39,167 nt of DNA from Euryarchaeota archaeon UBA136 (GTDB lineage Archaea > Thermoplasmatota > Poseidoniia > MGIII > CG-Epi1): assembly GCA_002506485.1 (NCBI GenBank), contig DAXQ01000068.1:1-39167 (forward strand). Direction: 5' to 3'. The notes beneath the pieces were generated by a model, which worked only from the letters and a program-made list of their open reading frames with translations, made no database searches and was not told the origin of the DNA. A program made the translations under genes and the position numbers. This document shows positions 8,437-17,763 of the stretch, piece by piece (the stretch's first letter is position 1; every line of letters begins with the position of its first letter).

Positions 8437-8931
8437 TCATGCCCCCGTAATCTCCTTAACGGCTGCTATTATGGAATCTATCTCTTCGCGTCCCACTGAA
8501 AAACGTTCACGGGCAAATATTGACCGGACGTCGTCTGGGTGCATAGGCAGGATGTCGGCAATTTTGGCTGCATAATAATCATTCACGTGCTCCAATTCAA
8601 TTACCTTTTTCATTAACATCTTCGATTCTTTAGGACCCAATTTAGACAATAGATGGACATGATCCAAAGCCAATTTGTGCTCATATTGAATCTGCTCGAT
8701 TAAGGTCATTCTCTGGGAACTGCAACTGTCACAAGTAGGACCCACTGGAGTCGGCTCCTCACCCTCTTCCGTGACCTCCTCGACGGCAGGTTCTGGTTCA
8801 GCATCAGGAACCGGTTGGAAATGACCACATTCAATACATCTCAATCGATTCTCCCTAACGCTCAGCTCCTTCTCTAGCATTTTGTTAACTACTCCCAGAG
8901 GAACTGGTTCGGGTTGTGGTTCTGACTCCAT
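8437..8931 (-). CDS. rpo4: DNA-directed RNA polymerase subunit Rpo4 (F) with an inserted C4 zinc-ribbon-like segment
   Basis: Rpo4 motifs QYEHKLALDH and AAKIADILP.HPDDVRSIFARER. Synteny rpl21e-rpo4-DUF655. About 50 extra residues carry CIEC and CDSC. Confidence 0.9.
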   Translation of the reverse strand: MESEPQPEPVPLGVVNKMLEKELSVRENRLRCIECGHFQPVPDAEPEPAVEEVTEEGEEPTPVGPTCDSCSSQRMTLIEQIQYEHKLALDHVHLLSKLGPKESKMLMKKVIELEHVNDYYAAKIADILPMHPDDVRSIFARERFSVGREEIDSIIAAVKEITGA

Positions 8932-8941
8932 TTTAACTCCT

Positions 8942-9235
8942 TTAGTTAGCCTTTCTAAGATGCTCCGGACGGACTATCAAGTCCTTGTCCATATTTCCTA
9001 CACGGGTGCGGACCACATATGCTTTGCCTTGATTCCTAGTTATTTTACCAGTCAGTCCCTGAAATCTATGGTGGGGTTGCCCCTTATGGAAGGAAGGATC
9101 TATGACTATACTCACCATATCTCCATCATTGAATGTTTGAAGTGAACGTGTTATTGGTGATAGCCCTCGCTCCCTGCTTGGGCGTGACATCTTGTGGCGC
9201 GAACCACTCCTTAAACCTTGGGATCTCTTAGCCAT
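8942..9235 (-). CDS. rpl21e: 50S ribosomal protein eL21 (L21e)
   Basis: MAKRSQGLRSGSRHKM, IDPS.HKGQPH.RFQG.TG and K.LIVRPEHL. Start set at the ATG at 9235, overlapping the pus10 stop. Confidence 0.97.
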   Translation of the reverse strand: MAKRSQGLRSGSRHKMSRPSRERGLSPITRSLQTFNDGDMVSIVIDPSFHKGQPHHRFQGLTGKITRNQGKAYVVRTRVGNMDKDLIVRPEHLRKAN

Positions 9236-10469
9236 TTTTTTTCTCGCTGTTATCAAGGTGAAGATTGAGGACGTCCAAAACCTCTACCTTGCACGGTGAA
9301 TCGACCAGCAAGGACAAACTGGGATCTGTCCGACCCCCATCGCCGCTGACAAGTTCACGAATGTAGGTACCGTGCTGAGCCCTAATCTCCAGTTCCACCA
9401 TCCCCTTAACAAAAGACTTGACAGTCATATAGTTAATCAGGCGAGGGCGTACTAAGTCAGCTCGACGATGCGATACTCGTGTAGGTGTCCGCTGTTCGAC
9501 AACCGCGTTCGACAACCTCTGTGCCCCTTTCTTAAGGCTTTCGATAGAGAGTTCTCGAGATACCGATACGTCAACCCTATACGTTTTCTCACAAACCGTG
9601 TTTTTTAGTTGAGCAACTCTGGATCTCGGTACTATTTTCAGATTGGTGATCTTTATGCGGTCCTTATGTGACGAATTCGCATCTTCAGCAATATTAACCA
9701 GATCTAGCTCTCTTCTTTTGGGCCTCCTAAGTTCCAGGACAAAGGGGCGACCAGCACCTAACATCGCAGCATCGATGTCTTCACGACCCATACCATGGAA
9801 CAAATCTTCATCAGACAAGCTAATTTCTAGGAACTTTTCAGCAATCAAGGACTGTACGGAATCAGGATATAATTGTCCAGTATTATTGCATTTCCGACAT
9901 CCGACTCCTTTGCAACTGCTACACGGCCAGCGGGTTTGGGGTATTGTCCTATCAAATTTGTTGTAATTACCCTCGATAAATAGAGATCTTATTTCTAACT
10001 CAACCGTATCATAACGAGTATCGACAATAGCAACCGCATCCGGACTGTCAAGTAATGCATCAATACCGGATTTATTGTATACTCCTATCCCTATTTCCCG
10101 ATTTAATTGGGATTTGATAGACTCACCCAGTTCTTCCCCAAATACAGACTGGAATTCTATCTCTTTCTCCAATATCTCGTTGTCAACTATGGTACCTATC
10201 TTGAAAGTGGAAAGTGAAAACTTGGAGAAATCCTCTAAAACCATTTCAATGAAATTCTCTATATCTCCAATCAGCCCATCACAAATCCTACATCCGGACT
10301 CGGCACAAATAAGGTCTTCCAGAACGGTATCTTCCTGAAGTTCAAATTGGTTCAACATCTCTAGACCACGTTCCCGATTATCCAGACCAAAACCTACACG
10401 CCCTACTGCCCTTCCTAGACACGAAATACAGAATGGGCCAAAGGATTCTATTTTTTTAAAATCAAACAT
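9228..10469 (-). CDS. pus10: tRNA pseudouridine(54/55) synthase Pus10
   Basis: N-terminal CxxCLGR, G.Y.K..R.IPQTRW, catalytic GREDID, GRPFVLE, QRTP.RV.HRRAD and GTYIREL.SGD.GRT.PS. Start set at the ATG at 10469. Confidence 0.95.
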   Translation of the reverse strand: MFDFKKIESFGPFCISCLGRAVGRVGFGLDNRERGLEMLNQFELQEDTVLEDLICAESGCRICDGLIGDIENFIEMVLEDFSKFSLSTFKIGTIVDNEILEKEIEFQSVFGEELGESIKSQLNREIGIGVYNKSGIDALLDSPDAVAIVDTRYDTVELEIRSLFIEGNYNKFDRTIPQTRWPCSSCKGVGCRKCNNTGQLYPDSVQSLIAEKFLEISLSDEDLFHGMGREDIDAAMLGAGRPFVLELRRPKRRELDLVNIAEDANSSHKDRIKITNLKIVPRSRVAQLKNTVCEKTYRVDVSVSRELSIESLKKGAQRLSNAVVEQRTPTRVSHRRADLVRPRLINYMTVKSFVKGMVELEIRAQHGTYIRELVSGDGGRTDPSLSLLVDSPCKVEVLDVLNLHLDNSEKKNG

Positions 10470-11169
10470 TCTGCATTGACTCCCTAATTTCCATTGCCCT
10501 TTCAGGAATATCAGTAACAATGGAATGAATGCCTTTACGTAACAATGTTCTCAAAAGATCGTCATCATTGACGGTCCAGACTTGTATGGGAAGCTGCATC
10601 TTACTCAATTTTGTCATTAGCCCTACTTCAAATATCTTATAATTGGGTGAAAGAAAATCGGCGCCATCAACAGTTACACTCGAACCCGTAAAAGACTCCT
10701 TCAGAACATTGACGAATTGGGACATCGTCCATTCTTCGCCCATCAATAAACCGGTATAGACTTTACTATCTATTTCTTTAATTCTTTTAATCACTTGCCT
10801 GTCAAAGGATTTCATTATGAAATCGTCATATTCAAAATAGTCCAGTAGAATATTGATAACTTCATTTTCATATCCTGTTTCCTTGAGATCTATATCCACT
10901 TGAATCTTCCCCTTTGCTGACCGGAGAACTTGCTCCAGAGTAGGAATCTGGGTATTCATTTCAGTTACCTCAGAAAAAGACAGAGACATTAGTGGTTTAT
11001 CACCAATTTCAGCATCGTGAAAGCAGACAATCTGGCCATCTCTGGTACGGCGGACATCAAATTCCACCATGTCTATGTTAAAGTCAATTGCATCTCCTAT
11101 TGATTGTAATGTATTGTCTGGGCTTTCATTGGAAGTGCGGCCTCGGTGTGATATTATCTTGGTGACCAT
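10462..11169 (-). CDS. Glycerophosphodiester phosphodiesterase
   Basis: SHRG, PDNTL, VEFDVRRTRDG..VCFHD, IPTLEQVL, WTVND and IVTD.P motifs. Confidence 0.92.
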   Translation of the reverse strand: MVTKIISHRGRTSNESPDNTLQSIGDAIDFNIDMVEFDVRRTRDGQIVCFHDAEIGDKPLMSLSFSEVTEMNTQIPTLEQVLRSAKGKIQVDIDLKETGYENEVINILLDYFEYDDFIMKSFDRQVIKRIKEIDSKVYTGLLMGEEWTMSQFVNVLKESFTGSSVTVDGADFLSPNYKIFEVGLMTKLSKMQLPIQVWTVNDDDLLRTLLRKGIHSIVTDIPERAMEIRESMQNV

Positions 11170-11231
11170 ACAGTATAAGGGTGCTTACGCACCATGTTTA
11201 AATAGTGTGAGTAGGTGACAGACAGATTATC

Positions 11232-11978
11232 ATGGAAAGTGATTCTGAACCGAGCAGTGGAACGTCTGGCAGGATAGAGGATTTGATTATAGATTTAGGT
11301 AATGAACGTTTCATGACCAGACATGAAGCCCTACAATCCCTTAGGGAAATGCTACCTTTACATGAAAGGGCGATATCCTCTGAACTAGTGAGATGGGTTC
11401 AGCTATACGGGAAATCTGACGCAGGCGGTAGTGCCTCATTTGTCAATAAAGCAGCCTTGGAACTGTTTCAAGAAATGACCGAAATAGGCCTTGAACCTCT
11501 AATCAACGATGGACTGAAAAACGGTGATTTTTATGCACGGAGAACCGCCATGGATGCGATTGGGCGAACTGGAAGACTTTCCATTATGCCCTATCTCATA
11601 GATGGAATGAAGGACGGGGACCGTTATACGAGATGGCATGCAGCCAAAGGACTTGGCCGGTTTGCAGGATCAAATGATGCAAGAGAAGCTCTCGTTGAGG
11701 GATTATCCGATAGTGATCCTTATGTACGTAGAAGAGCGGGACGATCACTGGAAAGATTTGGAGGAGTTGGTCCAAGCGAAGATAAAGTCGAAGGACCTAT
11801 GGAAGAAGGTGGTACAGGGGACATAGATGGTGATGGAATTCCAGATTCTGAAGATGATGAACCAAGAAAGGCAGACTACGATTCAATGACCGTAGCTCAA
11901 TTGAAGAAAGTTCTGAAGGAAAAAGGAATGACTGTTTCCGGAAAGAAAGCAGATTTAATAACTAGATTGAAAGAGTAA
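11232..11978 (+). CDS. HEAT-repeat protein with a DxDGDG Ca-binding-like motif and C-terminal SAP domain
   Basis: HEAT units (ARRTAMDAIG, TRWHAAKGLG, VRRRAGRSLE), then GDIDGDGIPDSEDD, then SAP signature MTVAQLK..LKEKG..VSGKKADLI.RL. Confidence 0.8.
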   Translation: MESDSEPSSGTSGRIEDLIIDLGNERFMTRHEALQSLREMLPLHERAISSELVRWVQLYGKSDAGGSASFVNKAALELFQEMTEIGLEPLINDGLKNGDFYARRTAMDAIGRTGRLSIMPYLIDGMKDGDRYTRWHAAKGLGRFAGSNDAREALVEGLSDSDPYVRRRAGRSLERFGGVGPSEDKVEGPMEEGGTGDIDGDGIPDSEDDEPRKADYDSMTVAQLKKVLKEKGMTVSGKKADLITRLKE

Positions 11979-11979
11979 G

Positions 11980-13365
11980 TTAAGGCGTTGTTCTTCGCAT
12001 CGTGCGTGGGAAAGGAATTACGTGCTTAATATGATCTGAACCACAAATCCAGCTTACCGTTCTATCAATACCAAGACCAAAACCAGAATGTGGAACGCTA
12101 CCAAATTTCCTGATATCCAAATACCATCCATAGGATTCGGGTTCCAAATCTTCTTCCTTAATCCTCTCAATAAGTTCATCTGGGGACCACACTCTCTCGC
12201 CTCCTCCAATTATTTCGCCATATCCCTCAGGTGCCAATAGATCGTGACAAAAAAGGGCTTTAGGGTCACTGGGATCTGGCCTATGGTAGAATCCCTTCTC
12301 CTTTGGAAAATGAGTTATGTAAAGCGGGGAACGAAGTTCCTGAGTGAGCGCTTTTTCCTCCTTGTATCCGAAATCATCACCCCATCCCAAATCAAATCCC
12401 ATAGAATTCAGTTTGTCTAAAACATCTTCATATTTTATCTTGTCAAAAGGGGCCTTGATATTCTCCAAGACTGAAACATCCCTTCCAAGAAATTCCAACT
12501 CTGTCCTGTTAGCAGATAAAACCTCCTTCAGGATGTACACAATCATACCCTCTTCAAGTTCCATCATCTGATGGTTGTGGAGCCATGCTGACTCAACCTC
12601 AGCATGCCAGAACTCTGTCAGATGGCGCCGTGTTCGAGATTTTTCAGCTCTAAACGATGGAGCAAGAGTGAATATGTTCTCCAAGCCAAACATCGTAGCC
12701 TCTGCATACAATTGCCAGGATTGACTTAAGTGCGCATAGAACTTTTGACCGCTTTCCTCATTTTCATCATCATATGACACATTGAAAAGTGTAGAACCAC
12801 CTTCACAGGCTGACGTGGTGAAGCTTGGTGACTGTATCTCTGTGAAATCCAAATTGGTCCAGTAGTCTCTGAATGCTTTGAAGACTGTTGAGCGAATCTT
12901 AAGAGCTGACACCATATTCCTGCTACGCAGCCATAGATGCCTATTGTTCAGTAGATGTTCGTCACTTTGGTCCTTAGTTATAGGGAAAGTTTCAGCAAAA
13001 TGGAAAACCTCGAACTTGGACGCCCTAATTTCCCATCCACCCGGAGCTCTATCATCCTTTACCGGTTCACCTTCTAATATCACCGATGATTCAATCAGTG
13101 CCTTGCTAGCTCCATCGAAGTCAGACTTTGCCACTTTGTCTCTGGAGACTGTACATTGAATTACACCTGTAGAATCCCTCACAACAACGAAGGCCAGCTT
13201 TCCGGAAGAACGGGTTCTATAGATCCATCCTCTGATTTTGACAGATTTCCCAGATTTACCAGATAATACATCGCGAATCAAAGTGTAACCTGCGTCATCG
13301 GGGAATTCAGGGTATTCCATATTAACGCGATTAGATGCTCTGTCAAATAACTTTCCGATACTCAC
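11980..13365 (-). CDS. asnS: Asparagine--tRNA ligase
   Basis: OB-fold GW..R.R.SGK, RHLWLRS, CEGGSTLF, LSQS.QLY.E, FRAEKSRTRRHLTEFW, EIIGGGER and PHSGFGLG. GTG start. Confidence 0.95.
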   Translation of the reverse strand: MSIGKLFDRASNRVNMEYPEFPDDAGYTLIRDVLSGKSGKSVKIRGWIYRTRSSGKLAFVVVRDSTGVIQCTVSRDKVAKSDFDGASKALIESSVILEGEPVKDDRAPGGWEIRASKFEVFHFAETFPITKDQSDEHLLNNRHLWLRSRNMVSALKIRSTVFKAFRDYWTNLDFTEIQSPSFTTSACEGGSTLFNVSYDDENEESGQKFYAHLSQSWQLYAEATMFGLENIFTLAPSFRAEKSRTRRHLTEFWHAEVESAWLHNHQMMELEEGMIVYILKEVLSANRTELEFLGRDVSVLENIKAPFDKIKYEDVLDKLNSMGFDLGWGDDFGYKEEKALTQELRSPLYITHFPKEKGFYHRPDPSDPKALFCHDLLAPEGYGEIIGGGERVWSPDELIERIKEEDLEPESYGWYLDIRKFGSVPHSGFGLGIDRTVSWICGSDHIKHVIPFPRTMRRTTP

Positions 13366-13418
13366 TTGTTGGGAAGGTTTGATTTTATATACAGTAGGCG
13401 AGTGCGCTCATCCCAATA

Positions 13419-13523
13419 ATGAAGAGAAGTTCCCGAGTCTGGAAAAAAGCCGGAAAACAACGTTGGAAGTGGCGTAAGAAGAAGATGCGCCGCCGAAAGC
13501 GTGAAAGAAAGCGTAACAAGTAA
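13419..13523 (+). CDS. rpl41e: Ribosomal protein eL41 (L41e / eS32), long archaeal form
   Basis: Hand translation MKRSSRVWKKAGKQRWKWRKKKMRRRKRERKRNK (34 aa) contains the RWKWRKK.MRR eL41 core. TATA-like TTTTATATA at 13383-13391. Below the ORF-track size cutoff. Confidence 0.9.
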   Translation: MKRSSRVWKKAGKQRWKWRKKKMRRRKRERKRNK

Positions 13524-13580
13524 ACTTAGATTGAACTTATCGACATATTTGCTTATAACGGCATTATATAAGGGTCTAAG

Positions 13581-15194
13581 ATGCCAGTAATTAATATAGA
13601 ACTTGAAGACCTTAATCGAATGCTTAAGAGTCCAATAAGTTCCGCCGATTTTTCTAGAATCATTCCTGAAATTGGAGCTGATCCGGATGAAATTGGAAAG
13701 AATGAAGCCACCATAGAATTCTTTCCAGATAGGCCTGATTTACTGTCAACCGAGGGTGTAGCGCGTGCTGTGAGGGCATTCACAGAACAAAAACTTGGAT
13801 TGGTGGTGTATGATACCAAGCCAGCGTCAACCCATATGATTGTTTCACCCGATGTACTCAAGATTCGACCGTTCGTACTGGGTGGGATTGCAAGAAGTGT
13901 TAAACTGGATGATACCTCGATAAAATCCTTAATGGAACTTCAGGAAAAGTTACACGTAACTCTGGGTCGAAAGAGAAGAAAGGTATCTATTGGAATACAT
14001 GATCTATCCAAATTGAAAGCGCCATTCAACTATGGCACCTGCTCACCACATGAACCAGCCTTCATACCACTCCAAAAAGACTATGAAATGACACCCGAGG
14101 AGATCCTGAATGAGCATCCTAAAGGAATGGAATACGCGCATCTACTGGAGGATTTCAAAAAATACCCCCTAATTACTGACGCGAATGGGGAAGTCGCCTC
14201 CTTGCCACCCATAATTAATGGAGTATTGACAACCATCACAAAGAAAACTAAAGAAGTACTGATTGATGTTACTGGATTGGAGCAAGAAGCTGTTGAGGCC
14301 TGCCTCAATATTGTTGCTGCTGCCTTGGTAGAACGTGGTGGAGAAATTGAACAATTAGAGATAAGATACCCCTCTGAAAAGATAATTGTGCCAAGAATGG
14401 AGCCCAAGATTCATAAAATCAAAAATGACTACTTAGTTAGTTTATTGGGTTTTGATCCTGGGAATTTTGCCATATTCAAGGCATTCCGAAAATGCGCCAT
14501 GGAACCTGACCTGAAGGATGATATATGGCATGTCAAAGTTCCTGCTTACAGATCTGATATACTTCATCCTATCGATTTATTGGAAGAAGTAGCAATTGGA
14601 ATAGGATACGAAGAGATACCGGAACATCTACCCCAGGAGGCCCACTTTGGTGAAGGCCTCAAATCCCGGACATTAGAAAGTAAGTGTAGAGAAACCATGT
14701 TGGGTGTTGGATTTCAAGAAGTTGTGACCTTGACCCTGACGTCTACGAAAATGTTGCATGAGAATACTGGAAGGGAGAGTGAATATGAAGCTGAAGTGTC
14801 TAATCCCGTTACTGAGGATTACCATATGCTGCGTTCTAGTATTTTGCCTAGTCTTCTGGAGCTTCTAAGCAGCAATCGCCATCGAGAATTGCCACAGAAA
14901 GTATTTGAGGTAGGGCAAGTAATCAGAGAACACTCTAATCGAATGTCTTTAGCATGGATTGAATTGGAAAGCAAGGGTACTTTCTCAAAGGCCAGAACTA
15001 CAGCCGAAAGCATTGCACATAGATTAGGTATTTCCGGTGAAACTGCAGAAGGAAAAGACCCTGCTTTCATACCTGGAAGATGTGCTCAAATCAAAACGAA
15101 AGACATCACCTTGACTTATGGCGAGATACATCCCAGTGCTTTGGAAAAATTTGAACTGGGATATCCTGCGATTGGTGGTGAGATTCATTGGTAA
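13581..15194 (+). CDS. pheT: Phenylalanine--tRNA ligase beta subunit (archaeal type)
   Basis: MPVI, DRPDLLSTEGVARA, LQEKLH.TLGR.RRKVSIGIHD, PPIING, VP.YR.DILHPIDL.EEVAI..GY and GEIHP. Confidence 0.96.
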   Translation: MPVINIELEDLNRMLKSPISSADFSRIIPEIGADPDEIGKNEATIEFFPDRPDLLSTEGVARAVRAFTEQKLGLVVYDTKPASTHMIVSPDVLKIRPFVLGGIARSVKLDDTSIKSLMELQEKLHVTLGRKRRKVSIGIHDLSKLKAPFNYGTCSPHEPAFIPLQKDYEMTPEEILNEHPKGMEYAHLLEDFKKYPLITDANGEVASLPPIINGVLTTITKKTKEVLIDVTGLEQEAVEACLNIVAAALVERGGEIEQLEIRYPSEKIIVPRMEPKIHKIKNDYLVSLLGFDPGNFAIFKAFRKCAMEPDLKDDIWHVKVPAYRSDILHPIDLLEEVAIGIGYEEIPEHLPQEAHFGEGLKSRTLESKCRETMLGVGFQEVVTLTLTSTKMLHENTGRESEYEAEVSNPVTEDYHMLRSSILPSLLELLSSNRHRELPQKVFEVGQVIREHSNRMSLAWIELESKGTFSKARTTAESIAHRLGISGETAEGKDPAFIPGRCAQIKTKDITLTYGEIHPSALEKFELGYPAIGGEIHW

Positions 15195-15592
15195 AGTTAC
15201 CTGTCTGTTTTGAATCAAGGTCTACAGCTACTATTTTTAGAAAAATGCTGGATGAAATAGGGCATGAATACAAACGGAAAAATGTCAGCCGTTCATATAC
15301 CCGAGTCGCTGTGGTGATTGCACTAGAAAGGACAGCATTAGTTCATAGATACGAAATCGGGGATGGGGGCCTTATAGTAGACATCTGGGAAGAGAAACCC
15401 AGCTCTGGTAGCGTAACTTACATTGAGATAAGAGGAGGAGGTGAAGCTGAACAGAGAGAATTACTGCAAAGATTCTCGGAGAAGTTACCACGCCGACCAT
15501 GGGAATACACATTTGGACAAAAACTTAGGAATGGATGGTTAAGTCAAGGAATTATGGGCGCCAAGAAGTCTTGGCATAAGGTAATCGGATGA
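15188..15592 (+). CDS. Hypothetical protein (134 aa) coupled between pheT and priS
   Basis: TTG start with a GGTGGTGA RBS, overlapping the pheT stop. Its own stop overlaps the priS ATG (ATGA). No family recognised. Confidence 0.7.
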   Translation: MVKLPVCFESRSTATIFRKMLDEIGHEYKRKNVSRSYTRVAVVIALERTALVHRYEIGDGGLIVDIWEEKPSSGSVTYIEIRGGGEAEQRELLQRFSEKLPRRPWEYTFGQKLRNGWLSQGIMGAKKSWHKVIG

Positions 15593-16785
15593 GCCTGCTG
15601 AAAGATATCGAACCGATTAAAACTAAAGATTTTTTGAAAGAAAAATTCAAAGATTACTACAAAGATGCCGAGATAACACTACCGCCTAGATTTACATCAA
15701 GGGAATGGGGATTCCTCAGTTGGAGGGGGGGAATTATGAATCGGCATGTCAAATTTAAATCGACAAAGGAAATTAGTGCCTATTTAGCTAGAGTGGCACC
15801 AGCACATTGCTATCACTCAGTTGCCTATTATGAGGACCCGGGTAAAAACACAATGATTGATAAACAATGGCAAGGTGCAGATCTGATATTTGATCTGGAT
15901 GCTGACCACTTGCCTGAGATGGAGGATGTGAAGAAAGGAAAAATAGCATTTTCAAGACTTATGGAATTTATAAGAGAACAAACCCATAGACTAGTTGTCG
16001 ATGTGCTATTAGGTGATTTCGGATTGAACGAGGAAGATTTATTGATTACCTTTAGCGGAGGAAGAGGTTATCACGTCCATGTAAGAACCCCTACAGTTCT
16101 GACATTACCATCAGGAGCAAGAAGAGAATTAGCAGATTATATGACCGGGAAAGGACTGAACACAAACCGAATTTTAGACGATGCGGGATATACTATAGAA
16201 GTACCTGTAAGGGGCAAAGGTATGGAGAGAAAGAATCTAGGTGTGGAGAAATTACCGGATAAAAATTCTAAAAGCTGGAGAGGGGCCATTGCTAGACAAA
16301 TTCACAAAATACTGGATGACCTCAGGGAGCATGAGCCCAAAGAACTGAAAAAAATAACTAAACAATTAGGAATAAGAATCAATACTGGAGACCTAAAAAA
16401 AGATAATGAAAAACTCTTCAACAAACTTTCTAAGGCTTCTAAAAAGAAGTTAGTCCGAATTGCCCTAAAAGAAACTGCAATCTATCCTGATGAACCTGTA
16501 ACTGGAGACATACATCGCCTCATTCGTTTACCAGGGTCTTTACATGGTGGTTCAGGACTTAGGGTGACTGTGTTGACTTCGAAGAAACTAGAAACATTCG
16601 ATCCTATGAAAGAGGCTATCGCTTTTGGAGAAGGGCCTGTAAAGGTCCGTTCTATCGTGAATCACCCAGTTACGATGGGGGATGGGATTGCCACATTAAA
16701 ACCTGAAAGTGTTGTTGAATTACCAGAAATGGCAGCCGTCTATTTTATGGCCCGGAATTGGGCACATCTAGCTCTTGAAACATGA
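15589..16785 (+). CDS. priS: DNA primase catalytic (small) subunit PriS
   Basis: REWGF, Y.S.AYY..P, catalytic DLIFDLDADHL, FSGGRGYHVH and DEPVT.DI.RLIRLPGSLHGGSGL. C-terminal GINS-B-like extension. Confidence 0.96.
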   Translation: MSLLKDIEPIKTKDFLKEKFKDYYKDAEITLPPRFTSREWGFLSWRGGIMNRHVKFKSTKEISAYLARVAPAHCYHSVAYYEDPGKNTMIDKQWQGADLIFDLDADHLPEMEDVKKGKIAFSRLMEFIREQTHRLVVDVLLGDFGLNEEDLLITFSGGRGYHVHVRTPTVLTLPSGARRELADYMTGKGLNTNRILDDAGYTIEVPVRGKGMERKNLGVEKLPDKNSKSWRGAIARQIHKILDDLREHEPKELKKITKQLGIRINTGDLKKDNEKLFNKLSKASKKKLVRIALKETAIYPDEPVTGDIHRLIRLPGSLHGGSGLRVTVLTSKKLETFDPMKEAIAFGEGPVKVRSIVNHPVTMGDGIATLKPESVVELPEMAAVYFMARNWAHLALET

Positions 16786-17432
16786 TTTGCGGGGTCGATG
16801 AAGCTGGGAAAGGACCGGTAATAGGACCATTGGTTGTTGCAGCGGTCAAGGTCGATAACGCTAAAGATATTGAAAATCTGGGATTCAAAGACTCTAAACA
16901 ATTAACACCAAAGAGAAGAAAAGAATTGGCCGATTTGATTAAGAATAAATTTCACTATGCTGTTGAGATCATTGAGCCAGAGATTGTTGATGAATATAGA
17001 AGGAAAAATAAATTGAACCAGTTAAACCGGGAAGCCTTTGAAAGACTAATCAGCAAACTAAATCCAATGGTAGCCTATGTTGACGCTGCCGACGTAAATG
17101 AGGACAGGTTCGGAAATGAAATCAAGAAGGGACTGACAAATCAGAATGATACGGATGTTATATCCATGCACAAAGCCGATGCAAAGGTACCAGTAGTTGC
17201 AGCGGCATCCATAATCGCCAAGGAAACTAGGGAAAAAGAAGTTGGAAGAATAAAGCATAGAATCGGTGATTTCGGTAGCGGATATCCATCTGATGAAAAA
17301 ACAATTAAGTTTTTGAAGAGCTTCTATGCTGATAATGGAAAGTGGCCTGAGGGAACCCGGAGAAGTTGGAAGACTTTAGACCGGATAAGGCCAGTTAAGA
17401 CTCTCGAAGAATTTGGTGAAAAAAATGACTGA
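16782..17432 (+). CDS. rnhB: Ribonuclease HII
   Basis: GVDEAG.GPVIGPLV, DSKQL, HKADA..PVVAAASIIAK and GSGYPSD..T. Confidence 0.97.
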   Translation: MICGVDEAGKGPVIGPLVVAAVKVDNAKDIENLGFKDSKQLTPKRRKELADLIKNKFHYAVEIIEPEIVDEYRRKNKLNQLNREAFERLISKLNPMVAYVDAADVNEDRFGNEIKKGLTNQNDTDVISMHKADAKVPVVAAASIIAKETREKEVGRIKHRIGDFGSGYPSDEKTIKFLKSFYADNGKWPEGTRRSWKTLDRIRPVKTLEEFGEKND

Positions 17433-17763
17433 TCTAAGCAAACTGCTAAACGAAAAAGTTATAGAATTCAATTCTAAGATAAAAGATGAATCTGGTACAG
17501 CTAAAATGATAGAAGGAAAGACCCGAACCATCTGTATTTGTGTCTCAGACGGGGATAATCACTTCAGTAAACTGGAAAACCTCGAACTCGAAAATTTCTC
17601 AATAACCGATGACACCAGTGCAGACCTAAAAGTCACGGCCTCTTCAGAGATTCTGGAGGCTCTTATATCTCGAACCATGTCACCCGTTAAAGCTTACATG
17701 AAAGGCGATCTTAAGGTCAAAGCCAGCTTAATGGATATGCTCCTTCTGAAAAAACTATTCTGA
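17425..17763 (+). CDS. SCP2 (sterol carrier protein 2)-like lipid-binding protein
   Basis: C-terminal ADL.VT.S.E.L..L....MSPVKAYMKGDLKVK is the SCP2 signature. The ATG at 17425 follows GGTGA. Confidence 0.8.
   Translation: MTDLSKLLNEKVIEFNSKIKDESGTAKMIEGKTRTICICVSDGDNHFSKLENLELENFSITDDTSADLKVTASSEILEALISRTMSPVKAYMKGDLKVKASLMDMLLLKKLF

Noticed and set aside
11180-11193. GGTGC-TTAC-GCACC inverted repeat in the gdpd/HEAT divergent gap
   Set aside because: A 5-bp stem is too short to support a call without conservation data.
13548-13574. TTATAA-CGGCA-TTATAT resembles a Xer/dif site
   Set aside because: The spacer is 5 bp rather than 6 and the outer arms do not match. The first TTATAA is at TATA distance from the pheT ATG, so a promoter explains it.
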